A stretch of DNA of 64,000 nt from an uncultured Fibrobacterota bacterium. Lineage in GTDB: Bacteria > Fibrobacterota > Chitinivibrionia > Chitinivibrionales > FEN-1185. Location of the stretch: positions 1-64,000 of the forward strand of contig CAVSQB010000013.1 in NCBI GenBank assembly GCA_963729895.1, written 5' to 3'. Shown piece after piece: positions 8,382-16,989 of the stretch. The notes below the pieces were generated by a model, which saw only the letters and a list, made by a program, of their open reading frames with translations, made no database searches and had not been told where the DNA came from. Position numbers and translations under genes: made by a program. Position 1 is the stretch's first letter. Each line of letters opens with the position of its first letter.

Positions 8382-9962
8382 TTAAGCATTTTCGTGTTCC
8401 ATTTCGTCATTGTATCCGTTACCATATTGCATTTCTTTTGCCTCGTCTTTGCATTCTGCCTCTGTCATGCCTGAATAATTGGGGTTGTATCTTGTCGTTT
8501 GCCGGTCTAGCGCGTCCTTTTTGATTACCTTGATGCCGCCCGGAAGTGGATTCCCATGTATTCCAGGAAATAACATCCTAAGTGCTTTATTTGCCCTCGC
8601 CAAATCATTCTTGTCAAAGGTGTCTCTGTCACCTTCGTTGAAAGCATAAAATCTGATTGCTTTCCATATTTTTGTTGGTCTTGCGGCGCTATTCTTCCGA
8701 TTGTCTCCAAGGTGTAATTCAACAAAAGAATAATCACGCCCCTTCTTGCCGTTTTTGCTGATGTAAATTGATAGCGTGCTTGTATTACTCAAACACAATT
8801 CATTCCACTTTGTAATAATTGGCAAGCTGGACATCGGTTCCGCCTTACTCTCTGTCCTCTCTAGCTTTGGTCGTGCGTCAATACCTACTAATGCTAATTT
8901 GTCAATCATATCTATGGGGCACTCACGCTTCAAAGTGCTTAATGACGATAGCTTCGCCCACAGTATTTGCAGTAAAGCTAACCGCACTTCCACTTCATGG
9001 TTCTTTTTTACAGCTATTTTATGCACAAGATCAAAGTCCCGCGCTCCCATAGATCCCGCCCTATTGGCGCGATCCTTCCTCTTTATTTCTTCTTCCCAAA
9101 ATCGTGTTGTTTGTTCAGCATAATTCAGAAATTGCTTTTCTTTGTCCTGCGTATAAGGGTTGGGGAAAATCCATTCCCCAAATCCCCCAAATCCATCGCC
9201 TATATCTTGCGTTTTGTGCGGGCTATCCGCCTGCCTTAATTTGTCTTCCCAAAAGCGTATTGCTTCTTTGACATAATCCGGAAGTTCCGGCGTACCACTT
9301 CCAAGATAGTTGTTGGGGAGAAACCAATCCTTTAACCCTCTGCCTTGCGGTATGTTTGTAGATTCCATCTTATGCCCCCATCCGGGCGTTCCGCTTTGTG
9401 GCAGGGTGAAAGGCAGGTTGTCTTCGCCCGCCTCGGACTCCGACGCGCACTTTGCTTTCCAGTATTCTATTTCCGCTTCGATACTCTTGACCACATACCT
9501 AAAATCCTTATGGAGACTTTTTCCCAATACGGCTCTTTTCCCCAAAGGCGAAAGGGATTCAATTTTCGCCGCCCGTTGCTTTGCCTCCCTTAACAACCAG
9601 CTAAGGTATTCGTTCACATGAACCGGGCTATTCAATGATTCGTAAAACTTCCTTATCTTGTCCAAGTTAAAATCGAATGTTTTGAAATTGGTCTTCGTCA
9701 TCCTTTTCCCACTCCGGGGATTCACCTTTTCGATAGATTTTATTAGTTCGATTTTCTCGGTAAGGCGCTCAATACGCCTGTAATCTTTTGGTTCATTTTC
9801 AATGGATAATAAGAATTCGGGAGTAGCGCCCAAGGTTTTCGCTTTTGCGTACAATTTATGATACCGCTCCTTCTCCTCTTTCTGCATTGCCACTTGATGT
9901 TTGAAAAATGGTCGCGCGTTCCTAAAGGCTTCGAGAAGGGCTGCTTCCTGTTGCGGGTCCAT
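8382..9962 (-). CDS. Hypothetical protein (526 aa)
   Basis: Long ORF starting 5 bp after the RM stop; no family recognised. Confidence 0.75.
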   Translation of the reverse strand: MDPQQEAALLEAFRNARPFFKHQVAMQKEEKERYHKLYAKAKTLGATPEFLLSIENEPKDYRRIERLTEKIELIKSIEKVNPRSGKRMTKTNFKTFDFNLDKIRKFYESLNSPVHVNEYLSWLLREAKQRAAKIESLSPLGKRAVLGKSLHKDFRYVVKSIEAEIEYWKAKCASESEAGEDNLPFTLPQSGTPGWGHKMESTNIPQGRGLKDWFLPNNYLGSGTPELPDYVKEAIRFWEDKLRQADSPHKTQDIGDGFGGFGEWIFPNPYTQDKEKQFLNYAEQTTRFWEEEIKRKDRANRAGSMGARDFDLVHKIAVKKNHEVEVRLALLQILWAKLSSLSTLKRECPIDMIDKLALVGIDARPKLERTESKAEPMSSLPIITKWNELCLSNTSTLSIYISKNGKKGRDYSFVELHLGDNRKNSAARPTKIWKAIRFYAFNEGDRDTFDKNDLARANKALRMLFPGIHGNPLPGGIKVIKKDALDRQTTRYNPNYSGMTEAECKDEAKEMQYGNGYNDEMEHENA

Positions 9963-9967
9963 AGGGG

Positions 9968-12898
9968 TCAGTTCTTTGTTGACTCTTCCACGATCTTTAT
10001 TTCTTCGGGCGTAAGGCCGTACAGCTCGTAGACAAGTTCGTCAATTCGGCGGTCGGCGGATTCGATTTGTCGCTGGATAAATGTCTTATCCTGGTCAGTT
10101 TTGGCCTGGGGCAGTGTTTTATTGAGGTCAGTCATTGTCGCAACCAAAGAAACTATCCTATCGTAATTGGACTTCTCTGTGACACTCTCAAAGTCAACCG
10201 GATGAATCGGCAGCGCTGCGAGCTCGTAAATTCTAATTTCTGGAAATGTTTTGTTAACCCTGTTGTATTTCTTCTTAAAGTAATATGCAATCAACTTAGA
10301 GTTTAGTATACCCAATAGATATTTGGCGATTCCATCATTCTTCGGCTTCACAATTTGCAGTAGTTGGCTTGTTACATATTTATCTTCGGTAAATGTTCCA
10401 ATTAATCTTTCGCCAACAATGCGTCGAATCAGTAATCGCTTGCCCTCAAATAAAGACGCCGCACGTGGTGCTGCTAGATTTTCGCCGTATTTTAACCACC
10501 GTTTCTTCCACTCGATGGAATATCGGTTAACATCCTTCCCTTCCAAATACTTCCTGTAGGTTGAGTCCGCTCTTTGATTACTCTCGAAAATATGGTTTTG
10601 AGCGTCTGATGGTTTTTGTGGAGGTATGCCTTTGCCTGTCTCATATACCTTGATGCCAAATTTTACTTCCGCAAGAGATTCTAAAGAACAAGATTGGGCT
10701 TCTATCCGCAAGCGCAGGTTCGCATCCTCACTCCTCAAGTTGAAATTTATGATTTTGCTTTCGTCGTGTAGCCACAATCTTTGCGGTACACTCTGTGACA
10801 AAAGAAGCCCCTGGTCTGTCGGCCTGAGTATTGCCGTTTGGCAATTTTCGTCAATCATCTTCTTGAGAATAGTAATAATTGGCAAAACCACCACTTTCCC
10901 AAAGACTGAAACATTAGAATAATCCGCAATGCTTATAATAGAAGTGTTTTGGAGAATATGAGTTCTGAGTTTTAGATTACTTTGATTGTTCAACCATGTA
11001 TTTGGTGTAATAAAACCTATAACCCCATTTTCCCGCAGTAATGAAATGCCCTTTTCCCAGAATAGAGCGTACATGTCAAATTGATATTCGGCAACTTTGT
11101 ACTTGTTTATGAAATACTCATATTTATTGCCGTTAGATTCTTTCCATTCTCTGCCTCCTAAATACGGCGGATTTCCTATCACCGCATCGAATCCCCCGTC
11201 TCTCATTATCTCCGGGAACCTTGCCTGCCAGTCGAAGGAATTTATTTCCCTTACTTCTTCCTTGTTGTTTTCATACAAAGCCATTTCCTCTTGAACCCCC
11301 ACATAAAAATCCGGTTCAATGAGCGAATTCCCGCACTGAATATTTCTATTGAGCGACGGCAGCACAGTTTCACCGCTTTCCGCTCTCAGGGAGGCGGCAG
11401 TCGTGCCCAGGGTTTCGTTCTCCAACAACTTCAAGTATAGGGATAGCTGGGAGACTTCGACGGCTTGCTGGTCTATGTCCACTCCGTAAATGTTGTTGAG
11501 CAGGATTTCCCGTTTCTTGTGTAGGGTAAGGCATAGCGCGCCTTCGCGTTCGACACAATCCCGCGCCGTGGCCTGCTTCGGGTTCTTGTTGTAGTGGCTG
11601 GCGTGGTATCGTATCAAGCAGTCATAAGCCCCTAGAAGGAAGGAGCCGCTTCCACAAGCGATATCAGCGAATCGCATCCCGGTAATTTCTTCCGGCGTTT
11701 TGTCTTCAATCAGCTTGCCGATTGTGTTCTCAACGATGTACCGGACTATGTACTCAGGCGTGTAAAAAACCCCGCCTGCTTTTTTTACCTCGGGCTTTTC
11801 TTCCACCTTGGCGCGCTTTGCCGTCGTGGTGATGATCTTTCCCAGGAAACGCTCGTAAATGCTTCCAAGAATGTGAATGGGGATTTTGTCGAAGTCGTAA
11901 GGAGTGTTCTTGCTGGAAAGCTTCTCACAAATATCCGCAAATGCGTCTTCATCGAATTTGAAATCCGGCGCGTCAAGAATGCTATGCTTTTTGTATATGG
12001 TGCCGTTGTATACCTTGTCGAGTTTTCGGCACGTCGAAACGAAATCTTTCCAAGGGCTGTCATTTCTTGCCCCAAAATTGGAAATAATGTCTTCGGGTTC
12101 AATCAGCTTATCTTCCAGAAACCGGATGAACACGAGGCGGTCTATGGTCCGCTGCACAATCTCGGTGAGCGCCCAATGGTCCAGTTCCGCGTTTCCGTTC
12201 TTGAATGCGTGCGCAAGTGTGTTGCGGTAGCCGTCAAGCTCGTCGAGAAGCGCCTCGTCAATAGGCTTGTAACCACCCTTGAATAGCCCAAGCTGCACGG
12301 CCCCGCCCCGCGCTTTGGGAAGCTCCAACGTTCTTTTTTCAATGGAGCCGCCCGCCACTGCTTCGCGGGAAAACAGATAATAGATTTCGGCGAACTTCTC
12401 TTTATTCAGGTAGTCTTGATATGTGTATTTCTTTACAAAACGGTCAAGGGCCGTATCTATGGAAGGCGTATAGCGGCAATCAAGGACGTGAAGCTGTTCA
12501 AAATCGGTGAGGATTGCGAGCGGCGTTTCGCTACTATATCCATAGCGGATAGTCTGGAAGTAGTCGTCGGCGTTGGCTATGTCCACCGAAGGCTTCTTCG
12601 CTTCGGCGTAAAATGCCACGTCCCGGAAGTTCGGCGCGACGTAGAAAGCATAGTCGGCGCGCTTTCTCTTCCCTTGCGCGTTCACATTTGATTCAATGTG
12701 CGCTTCTTGCTCGTAAGGGTTCTTGTCGGTCTCGTGGTTCACGTCCCAGCCCAGGGCAATAAAGAATTTGTCTATGAAGTCGTGCCGGGCTGCTTGTTCG
12801 GAATAGGCCGGGGTGAGGTAGTAATCTTTGTTGGCGTCGAAGTCTTCGACAAGCTTCTTGACGGTGTCGAAGGCGGTTTCAAGAGTGGTTTGAAGCAC
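9968..12898 (-). CDS. Type IIG fused restriction-modification enzyme (nuclease, N6-adenine MTase, TaqI_C-like TRD)
   Basis: FIDKFFIALGWD...ADYAF...EAKK nuclease; GVFYTP, DIACGSGSFL (motif I), GNPPY (motif IV); YLLGILNSKL TRD; GTG start with GGGAGAG RBS. Confidence 0.9.
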   Translation of the reverse strand: MLQTTLETAFDTVKKLVEDFDANKDYYLTPAYSEQAARHDFIDKFFIALGWDVNHETDKNPYEQEAHIESNVNAQGKRKRADYAFYVAPNFRDVAFYAEAKKPSVDIANADDYFQTIRYGYSSETPLAILTDFEQLHVLDCRYTPSIDTALDRFVKKYTYQDYLNKEKFAEIYYLFSREAVAGGSIEKRTLELPKARGGAVQLGLFKGGYKPIDEALLDELDGYRNTLAHAFKNGNAELDHWALTEIVQRTIDRLVFIRFLEDKLIEPEDIISNFGARNDSPWKDFVSTCRKLDKVYNGTIYKKHSILDAPDFKFDEDAFADICEKLSSKNTPYDFDKIPIHILGSIYERFLGKIITTTAKRAKVEEKPEVKKAGGVFYTPEYIVRYIVENTIGKLIEDKTPEEITGMRFADIACGSGSFLLGAYDCLIRYHASHYNKNPKQATARDCVEREGALCLTLHKKREILLNNIYGVDIDQQAVEVSQLSLYLKLLENETLGTTAASLRAESGETVLPSLNRNIQCGNSLIEPDFYVGVQEEMALYENNKEEVREINSFDWQARFPEIMRDGGFDAVIGNPPYLGGREWKESNGNKYEYFINKYKVAEYQFDMYALFWEKGISLLRENGVIGFITPNTWLNNQSNLKLRTHILQNTSIISIADYSNVSVFGKVVVLPIITILKKMIDENCQTAILRPTDQGLLLSQSVPQRLWLHDESKIINFNLRSEDANLRLRIEAQSCSLESLAEVKFGIKVYETGKGIPPQKPSDAQNHIFESNQRADSTYRKYLEGKDVNRYSIEWKKRWLKYGENLAAPRAASLFEGKRLLIRRIVGERLIGTFTEDKYVTSQLLQIVKPKNDGIAKYLLGILNSKLIAYYFKKKYNRVNKTFPEIRIYELAALPIHPVDFESVTEKSNYDRIVSLVATMTDLNKTLPQAKTDQDKTFIQRQIESADRRIDELVYELYGLTPEEIKIVEESTKN

Positions 12899-12978
12899 GG
12901 CTCTCCCTTGTTAATGTCAAAAGGAAAACATCTAATGGAGGAAGTCCTTGCCCTATTTGTGTTTTTATGGTCATGTTC

Positions 12979-14022
12979 CTACTGTAAAATCCTCAAATGA
13001 TTTTGATTAACGTATTTAGTTCTGAATTCATCTGTACATAGACACAAAATATTGCTCAAGTCATCAACGGTGTAGCTCAACTTATTGAAGTAAAGATCAA
13101 TTATTTCATTAAGAAGATGGGGGGGTTCCTTGGGAATATCTATAGGCTCTCTTAAGCGGTATCCCGCCGAACTCATTTTCATGCAGATGTATTTGTATTT
13201 CTCAGCATCAATTTTGTTGAGTTTTTTTGCTCTCATTGCGATAGCCAACATTGATGATTTCCAATATTCTTTAAGGTTCGCTAACCTGGAAAGAGTAAGA
13301 TCAAATAAATCATCCTTTATATCGTAACCGGGCATTAAGAATTCGGAGGCAAACTCATTGGCCTCTTCTTCCATGCTGTTCGTCCAGGTTTGGTGCATTA
13401 ATATATGTGCCAGTTCATGAGCGATTGTAAACCTGCACCGATCGGTTGGCATGTTATTATTAATAAATAATAGAGGATACTTTTCTCCGTGATATAAAGA
13501 AAACCCAGAAACATAACGGGTACCAAAATCCATGGAAATGATAATAATGCCAACTGCCTCAACTACTTTCGAAAGGTTTGTTATTGGCCCTCTTGGGAGC
13601 TTCCAATCAAAACGTACCGCTCTTGCTATATCGGATATTCCCTCAAATTCATCTAAATGGTAAGTCTTGAAACTCGTTTCAAGTTCTACATCTTGAAGAA
13701 GTCGGTTGACATGAATCCTTGTGATGTTGGCATTTGCTTCAATCCTCTTCTGATCCAAAGCCTTTAGCATTGATCCTTTTCTGTACTGAAATGCGGAGGA
13801 CATGGGGACGATTTGTCCAGGTAAAAAGAAGAAGGATTCTGGATAGTTCAATTCTTCCGAAAGCTTTTTTAATGTAACTTGAGAAATATCGGTCTTAGTA
13901 CCGTGTTCTATTCTTGATAATACGGCCTGCGCTATGCCTAATTTTTCCGCAAGATTTGTCTGGCTTATTCCGCGAGATTCTCTGGCCAGGACGACGGAGT
14001 TATTATTAAGCTTGGGCTGCAT
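12979..14022 (-). CDS. XRE-HTH plus ImmA/IrrE (peptidase M78) metallopeptidase
   Basis: ARESRGISQTNLAEKLGIAQAVLSRIE HTH; RFTIAHELAH and EEEANEFASEFLMP; RBS AAGGA before ATG 14022. Confidence 0.9.
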   Translation of the reverse strand: MQPKLNNNSVVLARESRGISQTNLAEKLGIAQAVLSRIEHGTKTDISQVTLKKLSEELNYPESFFFLPGQIVPMSSAFQYRKGSMLKALDQKRIEANANITRIHVNRLLQDVELETSFKTYHLDEFEGISDIARAVRFDWKLPRGPITNLSKVVEAVGIIIISMDFGTRYVSGFSLYHGEKYPLLFINNNMPTDRCRFTIAHELAHILMHQTWTNSMEEEANEFASEFLMPGYDIKDDLFDLTLSRLANLKEYWKSSMLAIAMRAKKLNKIDAEKYKYICMKMSSAGYRLREPIDIPKEPPHLLNEIIDLYFNKLSYTVDDLSNILCLCTDEFRTKYVNQNHLRILQ

Positions 14023-14599
14023 TTTGTTCCTTTTCTTTGATCTTAAGTTTTGGAGAAGTAACCGATACGTCTGCATCTTGAATTGCGGTCATAGGAATAA
14101 TCGATTTCATGTATTCATCGTTTGTCAAATGGTGAACCCACCTATTTCCGTATGGCGATGGGCATGTAAGAAGTATTGATTCAATTTTTCGAAACAGCAA
14201 ATCAGTTTGATATCCGCAATAAAGATGTACCGTATGCGGCATGTCGTCCATTTCCATTTGCTGTACATATGCGTTATTTCTTTTTGTACGTACATTAGAT
14301 GTTCGGCCATCCTGTCGGTGCTTTTTAAATTTTAGTGAGACCGTTTCTTTGAGGACGACTACAAGGGTTTCATTGAAATCTTCAATGATTCTTGTATCGT
14401 CTCTATCTGCGAATCGTGCCCTTGCAAGGCGTATCGTACTATCATAGATCAGCCTACTTCGAACGCTCGTACCGTGCAAATGCAAAAGGTTGGCGTATAT
14501 TTCAAAATAATCTTCCCAACCGCCTTGAACGCAGTAGACCAAATCATCCCGGATAGGTTCGATAATTCTTTTCACCTCCTCGTAGTCGATCGCAGCCAT
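14006..14599 (-). CDS. Hypothetical protein coupled to ImmA/IrrE (putative toxin/nuclease partner)
   Basis: Overlaps the ImmA start by 17 bp; LKFKKH..DGRTSNVRT motif; RBS AAGGAG. Confidence 0.7.
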   Translation of the reverse strand: MAAIDYEEVKRIIEPIRDDLVYCVQGGWEDYFEIYANLLHLHGTSVRSRLIYDSTIRLARARFADRDDTRIIEDFNETLVVVLKETVSLKFKKHRQDGRTSNVRTKRNNAYVQQMEMDDMPHTVHLYCGYQTDLLFRKIESILLTCPSPYGNRWVHHLTNDEYMKSIIPMTAIQDADVSVTSPKLKIKEKEQNAAQA

Positions 14600-14644
14600 A
14601 CAAACTCCTTTTAGGAATGTTTTTGAAATATTCATACGCCCATA

Positions 14645-14673
14645 ACAATACATTAATTAACTGAAAAATGCAA
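14645..14673 (-). promoter_or_regulatory. Sigma70-like promoter of the hypothetical-ImmA operon
   Basis: TTGCAT-N17-TATTGT on the minus strand, about 45 bp upstream of ATG 14599. Confidence 0.55.
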
Positions 14674-14808
14674 TTAAAATATTCAAAAACAATCCAAAAT
14701 GGTATTTTTGAGCTAATTTAGTGGGTAGCTTCTGAAAAGTGTGGCAGATTTATTCATGCTTGAGTGGTCATTGGTTGCGCTATAAACGCATGCTGAAGAC
14801 CAGATTCT

Positions 14809-15186
14809 TCATTTCCAAATCGCATCATGAATCTCTTCCCAGGATACCAATTTTCGTATAGCCCCTGACTTTTGCATCATAGTATTGCCTTTAGTAGAAG
14901 CAAGTCGCGCAGCTTTCAATAAATTTGAATTTACCTTTGTTGCTTCAATGAGCCAGAGCAGCATCTTCGGCTCAACGATATGGTTGTACGCAAACTTGGC
15001 ATCATGATTTCCACCAGTTCTTCCGTAAGCGCCAGGGCCGTTGTATTCGTGCAACCAGCCAAGCCAATGTTCTTTCTGTGTTCGATACCAAACGTCTGGA
15101 TTGTTATTAGGCTTGTCAGACGGCAATTGTCGAATTGCACGAATGAATTTGGCTATACTGATTTGTTTTTCCACAACCCTCTTCAT
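14809..15186 (-). CDS. Hypothetical protein (125 aa)
   Basis: Protein-like, aromatic-rich WYRTQKEHWLGWLHEYNGPGAYGR. Confidence 0.7.
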   Translation of the reverse strand: MKRVVEKQISIAKFIRAIRQLPSDKPNNNPDVWYRTQKEHWLGWLHEYNGPGAYGRTGGNHDAKFAYNHIVEPKMLLWLIEATKVNSNLLKAARLASTKGNTMMQKSGAIRKLVSWEEIHDAIWK

Positions 15187-15263
15187 TTTTGAAGCATCCC
15201 ACCGCGTGCGCGTGGTGCCCGGTCAAATCATCAATCCTTTACGAAAGCGTTAGAAGTCTGGTT

Positions 15264-15280
15264 GTTTTCAGTATACATTT
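15264..15280. repeat. 17-bp direct repeat, copy 1
   Basis: GTTTTCAGTATACATTT, identical to 18498-18514. Confidence 0.8.
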
Positions 15281-15553
15281 TTCGCATTTCCGCGTCCAAA
15301 TTTCACGGGTTATTCCTTGCCCTTACTGCTGTACACGCAAGATTGTCCGCCTTCACTATTTTCTCAGGGTGATTTTCCAAAGACCTTCAACATTAAATCT
15401 GTCCGAAGGGTTGGAACTACGGCTTTTCTCCCACCAGGAACCCTCAAAAATCACTTTATCCTCGGTATGTAAAGTTGCCTCTCCTTCAATGGAAGACGTT
15501 ACAGCCGTAAGATGATAATGGCCTTCTTTCTTTGCTTCACCAGCATAGATATA

Positions 15554-16454
15554 GGTGATTATAAAACATCTTGCACAGGAATTATCTTGTGCATATGGGC
15601 TTTAGTCAATTAGAAACCTTTGAATTCATAGGGAAAACTGAAAACAGGGCAAAATTGTTCCTCAGAAAGTTCTGTTGGAAAAATGGCCATGTTTTCTGCA
15701 TCAATTGTAACAGCCATAAAATCTATCGTTTAAAAGGTAAAAAGTTCAGGTGCAAACGATGCGGAAATACCTTTCATGACTTCTCGAATCGGTGGATTGG
15801 TCAGTGCCGCGTCCCTCTGAAAAAGCTGCTGTGGATCATTAAGCTCTTTGAACTGGAAGTCTCAGCACGCAGGATAGCAACTCAGATCGGTTTGAGCTAT
15901 CCCACGGTCTTGCGGATGTGTAATCTCATCCGAAGGGCCTTGATGGTCGCTGAAAGCGATTTCTGGCTCTCTGGAGAGGTTGAGCTCGATGAATCCTACT
16001 TCGGCGGCAGGCGTAAAGGTAAACGTGGCCGGGGTGCTGCCGGAAAGGTTCCCGTCTTTGGTATCCTGGAGAGACACGGAAAAGTGAAGGTGACAGTAGT
16101 AAAAAACGTCACTGCCGAAAGCCTGTTGACTGAGACTGTGAAAATGGTCAGACGAGGCTCCATCATTTACACTGACAAATTCCGCGGCTATGACGCCCTG
16201 ATGTTCTGCGGTTATCGGCATTTGAGAGTCGACCATGGGAAAAGATTTGCCACAGGCAAAGTTTATATTAACGGTTTGGAAGGCTTCTGGAGCTATGCTA
16301 AGGAACGTCTTGCAAAGTTCCATGGAGTCTCCAAAGAATACTTTCCAGGGTATCTGAACGAAATGGCTTTTCGGTACAATCATCGTCATGAAAATTTCTT
16401 TGAAAAACTTGTCAAAATGATCACTAATTTGGTGCAAGATCCTTTATAATTACC
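15554..16454 (+). mobile_element. IS1595-family insertion sequence
   Basis: 23-bp IRs GGTGATTATAAAACATCTTGCAC / GGTAATTATAAAGGATCTTGCAC; 8-bp TSD TAGATATA at 15546-15553 and 16455-16462. Confidence 0.92.
15595..16449 (+). CDS. IS1595-family (ISXO2-type) transposase
   Basis: CxxC zinc ribbon, HTH, VELDESYFGG, IYTD, INGLEGFWS, YLNEMAFRYN. Confidence 0.92.
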   Translation: MGFSQLETFEFIGKTENRAKLFLRKFCWKNGHVFCINCNSHKIYRLKGKKFRCKRCGNTFHDFSNRWIGQCRVPLKKLLWIIKLFELEVSARRIATQIGLSYPTVLRMCNLIRRALMVAESDFWLSGEVELDESYFGGRRKGKRGRGAAGKVPVFGILERHGKVKVTVVKNVTAESLLTETVKMVRRGSIIYTDKFRGYDALMFCGYRHLRVDHGKRFATGKVYINGLEGFWSYAKERLAKFHGVSKEYFPGYLNEMAFRYNHRHENFFEKLVKMITNLVQDPL

Positions 16455-16739
16455 TAGATATAAGTTGCCTTTTGATAAACGTACTTGACTTCAATCCGAT
16501 TCTCTATTAAAGTGACTATGCAATCGTCGCCTCTATATTGACCCTGGGTAGCTGAGATCATCTCACCTTTGAAGACTAATCTCTTTTGTGGTATCAAGGA
16601 CTGTGGGCTTTTCGGCGAACGTGACGCCGGCGTTTTGAGCACGGCGCTTGCGAATCGGGTAAATGCCGCTGGTGTCTCGTTTCATTTGCGAACTCCTTGT
16701 TGTGTGCAGCTCTGATGTCCCGCTGTCTTGGGACATTTG

Positions 16740-16818
16740 ACTGATAGGAAGTTTGATTTTTCGCAAGCGGGTTGTCACTGAACTGATAGGAAGTTTGATT
16801 TTTCGCAAGCGGGTTGTC
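16740..16818 (-). repeat. Tandem 37-bp duplication containing an IS91 oriIS-like end
   Basis: ACTGATAGGAAGTTTGATTTTTCGCAAGCGGGTTGTC at 16740-16776 and 16782-16818; minus strand ends AAACTTCCTATC. Confidence 0.75.
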
Positions 16819-16989
16819 GTATAAGGAAGATTTTTTTGCGGAAGCTCAATTCTTCCCCCACTTTCCCGCTTCCGTCGTCCGCATCTTGAACGGCCTCAAG
16901 GCAAAATATAGACATTGCCGGCCACAATTGTCAAATCCGGGAATACATGTCTCGTGGCTTCGGTGAAAGCAAAAAAATAGTCGGGGTTG

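Larger units (their letters stand above)
15356..16561 (-). pseudogene. Small (about 98 aa) beta-rich protein split by IS1595
   Basis: Removing the IS and one TSD copy joins MISATQG...KATYI to YAGEAKKEGHYHL...GLWKITLRK* in frame. Confidence 0.75.

Noticed and set aside
16563..16808. 81-aa ORF with repeated RKIKLPISS/Q peptide
   Set aside because: Only the translation of the duplicated oriIS-like DNA repeat
16740..16818. Possible mini CRISPR array
   Set aside because: Only two 37-bp copies with a 5-bp gap, no spacer-sized unique sequence and no cas genes
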